From the NCBI GenBank assembly GCA_037446635.1, contig JBBIIG010000005.1:1-64000 (forward strand): a stretch of 64,000 nucleotides of DNA, read 5' to 3'. A program made the translations under genes and the position numbers. Below are positions 55,956-64,000 of the stretch, in pieces. This stretch comes from a bacterium. GTDB lineage: Bacteria; Zhuqueibacterota; Zhuqueibacteria; Oceanimicrobiales; Oceanimicrobiaceae. The notes under the pieces were generated by a model, which worked only from the letters and a program-made list of their open reading frames with translations, did no database searches and was not told the origin of the DNA. How positions within the stretch are numbered: position 1 is the first letter of the stretch; every line of letters starts with the position of its first letter.

Positions 55956-57992
55956 GTGCTAAGAAATAAAACCATTTTAACTGTACTTATTTTGGTTATC
56001 CTCGCCGCCGCCTACCTCCGCCTTGCCAACCTCGGCGTCCCCAGCTTCTGGGTGGACGAGCTGGATTTCGTCGATGCGGCGAAATCGATGCTGCGAGTCG
56101 GTGAGCCGCTGCTGGATTCGGGCTATCCCTATCCGCGCGCGCCGCTGCAAACGTACGCGCTGATGGCGTCGTTTAAATTATTCGGCGTGTCGGAGTTTTC
56201 CAGTCGGCTGCCGTCGGCGATTTTTGGGATTCTCTCCATTCCGCTGATTTTCATCATCGGCCGCGGATGGTTCAACGAGCGGGTAGGATTGCTGTCCGCG
56301 CTATTTTTGGCGGTGTCGCCATTTGCCATCGGCTGGTCGCGGGCGTGTCGGATGTATGCGTTGTTTCAACTTTTGTTTTTGGCGGGAGCGTATTTTTTTT
56401 ATCGCGGATTTGAGAATCCCCCTGTTTCCCCCTTTAAAAAAGGGGGAGCAGAAAAATTCCCCCCTGATAAGGGGGGATTAAGGGGGGTGTTCCAGCGCTG
56501 GCAACTGAATCTGCCCTACTTACTTTTAGGTGGATTCTTTCTGCTCCTCAGCTACTCCACGCACCAAAACGCCGGACTTTTTTTGCTAACATTCATCGCC
56601 TATCTTTTATTGATGGCGATCGCGGCCGTTTTTCAACAAGGTTTCTTCGAAGCGTTGAAAAGCAAATACGTCATTCTGATGACAACTATTTTGGGCACAC
56701 TGGTTTTGGCGTACCTCGTTCTCCCGCCAATGCGCGAGTTCGTGATTTACGCTGCCGAGTATCAACCCAAATGGGCGGAGGTGGCATCGGCGCAGAATCC
56801 CTGGCGCATTTTTGAATTTTTCTTTGGCGCGGAGAGATTGCCGTTCAATCTGCTATTCATTGGCGGCGCAATTCTAATTTTGGTAAACTGGAATCGCGTG
56901 GGCGTGTTCACGTTGTTGACTTTCTTCGTCCCTGTGATTCTTTTCAGTTTTGTTTTCCAATATCGCAAAAATGATTATGTGTTTCACGTGTATCCGTTGT
57001 TTTACTTGGTCGGCGCCGTGGCGCTGGATTTTGTGATTGTGAAATTGTCCGAAGTGAAGTTCTTTGACGCTGTGTTTAACAGATTCGCAGTATCCGGGAA
57101 GACACCCCCCTTTATCCCCCCTCAAGGGGGGAATGGAATGGGCGTCCCCCCTCGAGCGGGGAATAAAATCGACGCGTCCCCTCAAAAGAGTGATCAAAAA
57201 AGTGTCCCTCCGCAGGAGGGGGAAAATTTCCCCCCTTACCAAGGGGGGATTAAGGGGGGTCTTAGCCGACTCCCGAAAGAAGCTATTATCGTAGTTGCCT
57301 GCCTGCTTTGGCTGCCGCTGACCTTCAACTTCCGCTTCGCGCAGAAAATCCCGCGGCTGCCGGATGGCAACTTCAACGGCGCCATTTATCACAATGAGTG
57401 GAAAGAAGCGGCGGCATTTTTGAAAGGAAAAGTCTCCGACGAAGATGTGCTGATGTCCACACTGCCGCTGACCGTCAAACATTATCTCGGGCGGGCGGAA
57501 TACAATCTCAATGTCTCGAACGGCGATTTGGCGCGGGAGAAGAACATCGTCGCGGCGGATGGCCGGCTCATCGACTTCTACTCCGGCGCCGATATTATTG
57601 AAGATGTGGCGGAGTTGCAATCGGTGCTCGAGGCGCATCCCTCAGGATGGCTGGTGGTGGATAACTACCGCTTCGAAAATGATGTCTATGTGCCCGCGGC
57701 CATGTGCGAGTTTATGTTGTCGCGCGTAAAAAAAGTGCATGAGACGAAGAACAAAACTGTTTCGGTGTATCGCTGGGAAAAAGCGAGTCAGCCGCCGAGC
57801 GGCGATTCGTCGCTGGATCCGGCCGGTGGCGAAGTTGCTTGCCCTAAAATAGGCAATGTCATTTCGAACCCCGACGCTTTTGCTTTTTGTCGGGGTGAGA
57901 AATCTGGAAATGCACAGGTCGTGCTCAGCCAGATTTCTCGCTGCGCTCGAAATGACACGGCCTCGTTAATGATAAAGGAGACACTCAATTGA
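55956..57992 (+). CDS. GT-C fold membrane glycosyltransferase (GT39/ArnT-like) with in-frame repeat insertions
   Basis: FWVDE, RLPSAIFG, SRACRMY, many TMs; Pro/Gly-rich inserts encoded by palindromes. Confidence 0.82.
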   Translation: MLRNKTILTVLILVILAAAYLRLANLGVPSFWVDELDFVDAAKSMLRVGEPLLDSGYPYPRAPLQTYALMASFKLFGVSEFSSRLPSAIFGILSIPLIFIIGRGWFNERVGLLSALFLAVSPFAIGWSRACRMYALFQLLFLAGAYFFYRGFENPPVSPFKKGGAEKFPPDKGGLRGVFQRWQLNLPYLLLGGFFLLLSYSTHQNAGLFLLTFIAYLLLMAIAAVFQQGFFEALKSKYVILMTTILGTLVLAYLVLPPMREFVIYAAEYQPKWAEVASAQNPWRIFEFFFGAERLPFNLLFIGGAILILVNWNRVGVFTLLTFFVPVILFSFVFQYRKNDYVFHVYPLFYLVGAVALDFVIVKLSEVKFFDAVFNRFAVSGKTPPFIPPQGGNGMGVPPRAGNKIDASPQKSDQKSVPPQEGENFPPYQGGIKGGLSRLPKEAIIVVACLLWLPLTFNFRFAQKIPRLPDGNFNGAIYHNEWKEAAAFLKGKVSDEDVLMSTLPLTVKHYLGRAEYNLNVSNGDLAREKNIVAADGRLIDFYSGADIIEDVAELQSVLEAHPSGWLVVDNYRFENDVYVPAAMCEFMLSRVKKVHETKNKTVSVYRWEKASQPPSGDSSLDPAGGEVACPKIGNVISNPDAFAFCRGEKSGNAQVVLSQISRCARNDTASLMIKETLN

Positions 57993-60148
57993 AAGCACTG
58001 GTAACCGGCGCGGCCGGATTTTTGGGACGCCACATTGTTGAAGTTTTACAGAAGCACAAGTATGAAATCGTGACCGTGGTGCGTCCCACGAGCGATGTGA
58101 GTTTTCTCAGAGAAAGAAACGTGCGCATGATTGACGGCGATCTGCGCGATCCCAAAGTTCTCGCAAAAGCCGCCAAAGGTGTGGATGTGATCGTGCACGC
58201 CGCGGCGGCGCTGCGCGGCAGGTGGGAGGATTTCAACGAAATCAACGTCGAGGCGACGCGCCATTTGCTGGAGATAGCACTTCAAGAAAAGGTACAGCGA
58301 TTCGTTTTCATCAGCTCGATCATCGTTTACGATCACACCTCGGCGAAGGCGGGACACACCTTTCGCGAGGACATGCCCTACGAGGAGAAGCAGCAGACGT
58401 TTTACTGCAAAACAAAAATCGCGGGGGAGAAGCTGGTACAGCAGTATCACGAAAAAGGTTTGGCGACGACCATCATTCGCCCCGGCGCGCTCTATGGCAA
58501 GCACGGTCCGATGTTCATGTCGCGACTCGGCATGCCCCTCGGCAGCAATCGTTATCTGATTGTTGGCAACGGAAAATTGCCGTTGCCACTTTCGCACGTG
58601 GAAACGGTGGCCGAAGCGGTCTGGCTGGCGATTTCAAAAAAGGAAGCAATCGGTCAAATTTACAACGCCGTCGAAAGCGATACCCTCACGCAGCGTGAAT
58701 TTTTCGCGCAAGTTCGCCAGCATGTGAAACCGAAATTTTCCACCATTCGTGTACCGCTGCCGGTGATGAACTTCATGGCGATTTGTCTCGACAAATTATT
58801 GGGACTGGCGAAAATGAAATCGCCACTGAGTTTGTCGCAGATCCGACTTTGGGCCACGCCGTTTTTTTATTCAAATGAAAAAATCAGAACAGAGCTCAAC
58901 TGGCAGCCGGCAGATGTTCCCGCCACCGTGCGCGATATGCTTATTTGGAATAAGCAGAAAACACAGCCGAAGCGGAATCCGCCGGGCAACAAAATTAACG
59001 TTGCGATCAATTCCGACAAACAAGTTCGCGTCGGTGTAATTGGATGCGGCGTGATCTCCGGTCCGCATCTCGCTGCGCTGAGTCGCATCAAAAACGCTGT
59101 GGTCGCAGCCGTGAGCGATCCCGTTGAAACCGCGCGCGAAACAATGGCGAAAAAGTACAGCGTCATGAAATCGTATTCCAATTACAAAGAGATGCTGGAA
59201 AACGAAAAGCTGGACGCAGTGCACGTGTGCACGCCATCGCAGAGTCATGCCGAGATCAGCATCGCGGCGATGAATTGCGGCTGCCACGTGTTTGTGGAAA
59301 AACCGTTCGCGCTGACTGCCGCTGAAGCCAAGCGCATGTTGGCCTCTGCGAAAAAGAACAACGTGCTGCTCTGCGTCGATCACAATCACCTCTTCGACGA
59401 AGTGATGGTGAAAGCGCGCGCGATCATCGCCAGCGGCGCACTTGGTCGCGTCTCGTACGTGGAAAGCTGGTACGGCACCTCGTACAGTTCTGACGCCGGC
59501 AGCCGCTACCTGACGTGGGAGGGCCGCAACAACTGGGCGTACAACATGCCCGGCTCGCTTTATCAAAATTTCATCTCCCATCCCATCGCGCTCTTGTTGG
59601 ATGTGATGGGCGACGCGCGCGTGCACGGCGTGCAGGGGAAATTCAATCGCATCGTTCCCCACATGAAAACCGACGAGCTGCGGGTGATGCTCGAAAACGA
59701 AACCATGCTCGGCCTGCTCAGCATGTCGATGGCGGTTTCGCCGCGCTATTTGTTCGTGAATGTTTATGGCACCGCCGCCACGCTGAAGATCGATTTCCTC
59801 AACAAGTACGTTTTTCTCGACAAGCCCGCCGCGAAGCTGCCGCGCGTGGTGAGCCGCAGTCTCAGCGCCATGAAACAGGCGCGCATCATTTTTAGCTCGG
59901 GAATGAAAAACACGGTGCTCGGTTTGCTCGGAAAATACAACATGTATCAGGGCAATGAGACGCTCATTCGGCTATTTTACAAAAGCATCCTCGATGGCGA
60001 TCCGCTGCCCATCGCGCCGGAGGAAGGAGTACGCTCGATGGAAGTGATGGATGAGATTTGGACGAAGCTCGCCACCAGCAATGGCGCGTCTTCGTTAGCC
60101 AAAGTGCCGGTGAAGGGCAAGAAAACTTCGATGACCAAAGAGGATTAA
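57989..60148 (+). CDS. Fusion of an NAD-dependent epimerase (extended SDR) and a Gfo/Idh/MocA oxidoreductase
   Basis: TGAAGFLG and YCKTK in the N half; VGVIGCG, CTP..SH and VEKP in the C half. Confidence 0.88.
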   Translation: MKALVTGAAGFLGRHIVEVLQKHKYEIVTVVRPTSDVSFLRERNVRMIDGDLRDPKVLAKAAKGVDVIVHAAAALRGRWEDFNEINVEATRHLLEIALQEKVQRFVFISSIIVYDHTSAKAGHTFREDMPYEEKQQTFYCKTKIAGEKLVQQYHEKGLATTIIRPGALYGKHGPMFMSRLGMPLGSNRYLIVGNGKLPLPLSHVETVAEAVWLAISKKEAIGQIYNAVESDTLTQREFFAQVRQHVKPKFSTIRVPLPVMNFMAICLDKLLGLAKMKSPLSLSQIRLWATPFFYSNEKIRTELNWQPADVPATVRDMLIWNKQKTQPKRNPPGNKINVAINSDKQVRVGVIGCGVISGPHLAALSRIKNAVVAAVSDPVETARETMAKKYSVMKSYSNYKEMLENEKLDAVHVCTPSQSHAEISIAAMNCGCHVFVEKPFALTAAEAKRMLASAKKNNVLLCVDHNHLFDEVMVKARAIIASGALGRVSYVESWYGTSYSSDAGSRYLTWEGRNNWAYNMPGSLYQNFISHPIALLLDVMGDARVHGVQGKFNRIVPHMKTDELRVMLENETMLGLLSMSMAVSPRYLFVNVYGTAATLKIDFLNKYVFLDKPAAKLPRVVSRSLSAMKQARIIFSSGMKNTVLGLLGKYNMYQGNETLIRLFYKSILDGDPLPIAPEEGVRSMEVMDEIWTKLATSNGASSLAKVPVKGKKTSMTKED

Positions 60149-60214
60149 TGGATCAATGGATTATTGGATCATTGTTTTTCATTAATCCATTGATCCAACA
60201 ATCCATTAATCCTC
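60140..60214. repeat. 8-nt periodic inverted repeat (TGGATCAA family), empty form, overlapping a stop codon
   Basis: GAGGATTAATGGATCAATGGATTATTGGATC ... ATCCATTGATCCAACAATCCATTAATCCTC. Confidence 0.85.
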
Positions 60215-60280
60215 GTTCCAAAAGCAGGATCATAATGAAAAGAACTCTCGTTCGAATTACTCCGTCGGTTGGGTGAAGAC

Positions 60281-61729
60281 ATGCTCGGACAAGCAACCAT
60301 TCTATTATTGATAAGCCAAGTGGTGTTCCTGATCTCCGGCTACGTCATCAACGTTGGCCTCGCGCGGATGCTCGGACCCGAGGGCTTCGGCACGTTCGGC
60401 GTGGTGATGTCGTTTCTGTTTGTGGCGCACCTGTTCGTCATCACCGGCATCCCGATTGCGTTGCAAAAATTCGTCGCCGAAAACATGGATGCCGCACGCC
60501 TGCTCGTGCGCAAAACTCTACCGGTGCATTTGCTCAACTCGCTGGGATTCTTCATTTTGTTCTGGTGCATCGCGCCGCTGATTGCCTCGTGGTTCGACGA
60601 TCCGAGTTTGCAATTCTATCTGAGAATCGCGGCGTTCGACATCATCTTCTACGGGCTGTACAAATATTATCAGAGCCTGCAAAACGGACTGCACCAATTT
60701 GGCCGGCAGACACTCGGCGCCATCGCGTACGCGATCGCCAAACCGCTGTCGATTTTCGCGCTAGTGCTTTCGGGATTCTCCGTCACCGGCGCGGTGCTCG
60801 GCAACACGCTCGGCGCGCTGGGCGGATGGCTCGGCGGACTGCTGCTGGTGAAGATGCCCGAGATCAAAGCGAAGTTGGAAGAAATTCAATTCTTCCGTTT
60901 CGCGTTCATCAACGTGTTTTATTACGTCGGGCTGCAGCTGCTGTTCTCGGTGGACATCTGGTTTGTGAAATATCATTTGAGCGATGTCGAAGTGGGGCAG
61001 TACGTGTCGGCGTCCAGCATGGCGAAGATCCCGTACTTTTTGTCGCTGGCGATTTCCTCGGCGCTGATGCCGGTGATTTCGCGCGCCACCAAAACCGGCG
61101 ATGAGAAACGGGTGCGCGACGTCACCGCCATCACGCTGCGCTACTGGCTGATGCTGCTGTTCGCGATGATCGTGGTGATTGGCGCTACCGCCGTGCCGCT
61201 GATGACGCTCTTTTTTGGCGAGCAGTACACCGCCGCGGGCCCGATACTCGCGGTGCTGTTTGCGGGCATCGCGCTCATCACTTTTTTTGCGGTGATGAAC
61301 ACGATTTTGATCATGCGCGAGCAATTGAAATCGTGCTTGATCGGCACCGGCTCATTGATTATTTTGCACGTCGCTGCCAACGCGATTTTGGTGCCGAGGT
61401 ACGCGGGATTGGGCGCTGCGCTAGCCACGCTAATCGTCGGCGTCGTGGGCATTGTGGTGGTGGGAACGCTGCTGCTGCGCAATGTGCGAGTGGTGATGCC
61501 GCCGCTCTCCGCCGCACGCACGGTTCTCTCCGGTGCAGCGGTACTGGCGCTGGCGTACTACTTCCCGATTTTGGATCACTACTTAATCGCCAAATGCGCG
61601 TTTTTGCTGATGCTGTTTGTCGGGGTGTTGTTTGGGATTCGTGAGTTGAGCTTTTCGGATATTGTACGCTTTCGATCAATTCTTATTCCGATCAATCCCT
61701 CTCCTTCTTCGCTTTCGAAGGGTTTATGA
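60281..61729 (+). CDS. Oligosaccharide flippase (Wzx/MOP family)
   Basis: About 14 TMs, ARMLGPEGFG, VGQY, P.IS, LVPRYAGLGAALAT. Confidence 0.88.
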   Translation: MLGQATILLLISQVVFLISGYVINVGLARMLGPEGFGTFGVVMSFLFVAHLFVITGIPIALQKFVAENMDAARLLVRKTLPVHLLNSLGFFILFWCIAPLIASWFDDPSLQFYLRIAAFDIIFYGLYKYYQSLQNGLHQFGRQTLGAIAYAIAKPLSIFALVLSGFSVTGAVLGNTLGALGGWLGGLLLVKMPEIKAKLEEIQFFRFAFINVFYYVGLQLLFSVDIWFVKYHLSDVEVGQYVSASSMAKIPYFLSLAISSALMPVISRATKTGDEKRVRDVTAITLRYWLMLLFAMIVVIGATAVPLMTLFFGEQYTAAGPILAVLFAGIALITFFAVMNTILIMREQLKSCLIGTGSLIILHVAANAILVPRYAGLGAALATLIVGVVGIVVVGTLLLRNVRVVMPPLSAARTVLSGAAVLALAYYFPILDHYLIAKCAFLLMLFVGVLFGIRELSFSDIVRFRSILIPINPSPSSLSKGL

Positions 61730-61773
61730 TAAGAGCGAAAATGCAATAAGCTTTTTGTGATTTGGAGTAGTTA

Positions 61774-62328
61774 ATGGACTGGAGTGACTTGATTAAACAA
61801 AACTTTGTTACTGTTATAGCAGTTCTCGGTACCCTGTTAGCTGGATTGGGAAGTGGCTTCTTAGCCTCACTTATTTCAAAAAAGTTTGAGTTAAGAAAAG
61901 CTCGGTTCGAATGGCAAAAAGAATATCAAACTCAAAACCTTGTTCAACCCATTATATCATATATTGACGAGACATTTGCATTAATGGAAAATATTTATTG
62001 GACTGTAATGGAAATCAAATGGCAGGTTAGTGAACACAAAGCGGAAGACATCGCAGATGAGATATTGGTCAAAGAGCTTGATAAAAACAGAAACAGATTG
62101 ATTTCATTTAGAGAAAAGAAGAGACTAATCAAAGTACGTGTCAGGTGTTTCTATGATGATGAACTTAACCATGCCTTTGATGAGTTTATGAAAAAGTATG
62201 GTGAGTTTGCAAATCTTAACTTTTTGAATAATACATCTATCATGTTCAATAAAATACAGGAGGCAGTACCATTTGCAACGACAATATTCTCTAGATTGAA
62301 TTATGGACTAGAGAAACTACTTAATTGA
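61774..62328 (+). CDS. Hypothetical AT-rich protein with an N-terminal TM
   Basis: 184-aa ORF with GGAG RBS. Confidence 0.6.
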   Translation: MDWSDLIKQNFVTVIAVLGTLLAGLGSGFLASLISKKFELRKARFEWQKEYQTQNLVQPIISYIDETFALMENIYWTVMEIKWQVSEHKAEDIADEILVKELDKNRNRLISFREKKRLIKVRVRCFYDDELNHAFDEFMKKYGEFANLNFLNNTSIMFNKIQEAVPFATTIFSRLNYGLEKLLN

Positions 62329-62346
62329 ATTGTGGCGTCCGAAACA

Positions 62347-62637
62347 CTAAATACGCGATCGCCAGTTTTTAGGATCTCGATGAAGATGCATAACAGCAGT
62401 GATGAGAATGGAGTCAGGTCGGATTTGATAAATCACCCCGTATGGAAAACGCTTGAAGATGCAGCGCCGGGCGCGTTTGGAAAGTGGCGGCCACGCTTTA
62501 GGAAATTGGACGATGCGTTCCAGAGTACGTTTGACCTCTACTTCAAACTCATCGCCGAGGCCTTCGCGTTGGTCGTTATAATAATCAATCGCTTCCTGCA
62601 ATTCGATTTCAGCGACGGTGAGAAACTCGATCTTCAC
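62347..62637 (-). CDS. RelE/ParE-family toxin
   Basis: AEIELQEAIDYY..GLGDEF..RFPYGVIY..AVMHLHRDP. Confidence 0.9.
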   Translation of the reverse strand: MKIEFLTVAEIELQEAIDYYNDQREGLGDEFEVEVKRTLERIVQFPKAWPPLSKRARRCIFKRFPYGVIYQIRPDSILITAVMHLHRDPKNWRSRI

Positions 62638-62642
62638 CGAGA

Positions 62643-62867
62643 CTACTTCCTTCGATTCTTATCGAATACTCGGTGGGCAGGAATCGCTGCTATTTCTCCG
62701 CGCTCGTATGCATCGATGCGATCTTCGACTTCCTCCGCCCACATCTCATCGATTGATTTCGATTGTGGGAATTCGAAGCTCGACAGCAGGCGGTCAATTA
62801 ATTCCGCGCGTTCGTCGGGCGGCAAGGTTAAAGCTTGGGAGAAAATTTGTTCAGCTTGTTCAGACAT
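62643..62867 (-). CDS. Addiction module antitoxin (TIGR02574-like)
   Basis: ALTLPPDERAELIDRLLSS..W.EEVEDRIDAYERG. Confidence 0.88.
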   Translation of the reverse strand: MSEQAEQIFSQALTLPPDERAELIDRLLSSFEFPQSKSIDEMWAEEVEDRIDAYERGEIAAIPAHRVFDKNRRK

Positions 62868-62899
62868 GACGACTGACCTTTCGTTAAAAATGCGTTGAA

Positions 62900-62928
62900 A
62901 TAATACAATTGTACGTTTGAAAAATCAA
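62900..62928 (-). promoter_or_regulatory. Putative sigma70 promoter of the toxin-antitoxin operon with an operator-like palindrome
   Basis: TTGATT-17-TATTAT on the minus strand; TACAATTGTA at 62904-62913. Confidence 0.55.
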
Positions 62929-62946
62929 GACATTTATTCTGACAAA

Positions 62947-63024
62947 TTAACCGCAAAGTTCGCTAAGATGCCGCAAAGAAAACCATGGCGATCTTTGCGC
63001 AACTGTTGCGTTCTTTGCGGTTAA
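62947..63024. repeat. Periodic inverted repeat (CGCAAAG family)
   Basis: TTAACCGCAAAG ... CTTTGCGGTTAA. Confidence 0.8.
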
Positions 63025-63055
63025 AGAGATAATCTAAAATGAGATTTTGAAAACT

Positions 63056-63127
63056 ATGAAACTTGCAATCATGGGCATCCGGGGCATCCCGGCAAACTAC
63101 GGTGGATTTGAAACTTTCGCGAATTGA
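63056..63127 (+). pseudogene. Orphan 5' fragment of a DUF1972-type GT4 glycosyltransferase
   Basis: MKLAIMGIRGIPANYGGFETFA followed almost immediately by a stop. Confidence 0.8.
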
Positions 63128-63181
63128 GCTTTATTGAATAATTTCTTATTTTCATCAACTAAAAGTGGATCAGGATTTCTC

Positions 63182-63856
63182 ATGAAGCCGCAACTTTCGA
63201 TTCAGCATCTGATTGACGAAGCAAAAATCTTTTGCGAAATGGAATCGAAATACGAAAACAAAGAGTTGTTCGGGATTACGGATGGGAAGGCCGTCGGGAC
63301 TTTCATCGAGCACAAATTTCAGAATCATCTTGCAGCGAAGTATGAATACCAAAAGGGTTCTTCCGCAAACGGAATCGATTTCCCATCGCGATCATTAAAC
63401 ACGGATGTGAAAGTTACATCGGTGAAGCAGCCGCAGTCGTCCTGTCCTTTCAGAAATGCGCGGCAAAAAATTTATGGGTTAGGGTACAATCTTTTGATAT
63501 TCGTTTACGAAAAGAATGATGATCCTCGTAGAGCCACCGCAACGCTTGATTTCCTAAACTGCTCTTTCATTCATCAACATCGCACGGGCGATTTCCAAAT
63601 CACCAAAGCTTTGCGACAAATGTTGGATAACGAGGCCAACGCTGATGACATCATCGCCTATTTGAGTGATAGAAACTTACCTACCGACGAAATAGCTCTC
63701 AACGCGCTCGCCGAAGAAATCTTGACAAATCCACCTGAACAGGGATATTTGACCATATCCAACGCATTGCAGTGGAGATTGCAATACGGACGAATCGTGA
63801 AACTTGCTGAGTCAGTGGATGGAATTGTGAAAATCATAAACAAGCCAATCTCGTGA
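63182..63856 (+). CDS. Type II restriction endonuclease, NspV-like
   Basis: TDGKAVGT, GIDFP, DVKVTS..QPQSSCPF, SNALQWRLQY motifs recalled from the R.NspV family. Confidence 0.8.
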   Translation: MKPQLSIQHLIDEAKIFCEMESKYENKELFGITDGKAVGTFIEHKFQNHLAAKYEYQKGSSANGIDFPSRSLNTDVKVTSVKQPQSSCPFRNARQKIYGLGYNLLIFVYEKNDDPRRATATLDFLNCSFIHQHRTGDFQITKALRQMLDNEANADDIIAYLSDRNLPTDEIALNALAEEILTNPPEQGYLTISNALQWRLQYGRIVKLAESVDGIVKIINKPIS

Positions 63857-64000
63857 TGAACAAATTGGAATATCAGTTTCACCAAAAACGCATCGAGTAT
63901 CTCAAACAGCGCTTTTCCGAAGTAACGGATTTTAGGGAAGCCAATGAGATCATCTCCGCGATTTCCGGGTTGATGGATTTCTTTCCAGAACAAGCTGATT
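63856..64000 (+). CDS. Partial ORF, possibly the cognate DNA methyltransferase
   Basis: TGATG coupling to the endonuclease; open to the window end; function inferred from position only. Confidence 0.45.
   Translation, partial: MNKLEYQFHQKRIEYLKQRFSEVTDFREANEIISAISGLMDFFPEQAD

Noticed and set aside
62332..62898. 188-aa plus-strand ORF
   Set aside because: It is antisense to a clear toxin-antitoxin pair.
34976..63024. CRISPR array
   Set aside because: Repeats are dispersed, palindromic and heterogeneous, without regular repeat-spacer periodicity or cas genes.
1..64000. Genome-wide TGA reassignment
   Set aside because: Many conserved genes (ftsY, purN, mrdA, ugd) end at TGA at the expected length.

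Overview
Bacterial genomic window with almost all genes on the + strand. GWxTD proteins, gene content and protein style suggest an FCB-superphylum lineage such as KSB1 or Calditrichota; this is inference only. 1-24 kb is mostly housekeeping: purF, a UbiA/ferredoxin/geranylgeranyl reductase/CDP-alcohol phosphatidyltransferase cluster, hicB plus a broken hicA, ftsY, rimO, two GWxTD proteins, an LD-carboxypeptidase, purN, purH, mreBCD-mrdA-rodA, an OMP, a CpoB-like lipoprotein, galT and a degenerate glgA. About 24-63 kb is a large surface polysaccharide/glycosylation locus: STAS regulator, frameshifted Wza-like gene, wzc, priming glycosyltransferase, ugd, many GT2/GT4 enzymes, a GT-C, epimerases, two AsnB-like amidotransferases and a flippase. 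The locus is densely filled with at least seven families of short palindromic or periodic repeats. Some are nested, some overlap stop codons, several sit in frame inside proteins, and one pair brackets a 3.2 kb AT-rich four-gene cargo with two HEPN-like ORFs. Orphan 5'/3' gene-fragment duplicates mark the insertion points. A ParE-type toxin-antitoxin pair and an NspV-like restriction endonuclease end the window. No rRNA, tRNA, CRISPR array, transposase or integrase was seen. Some lesions may be assembly errors.
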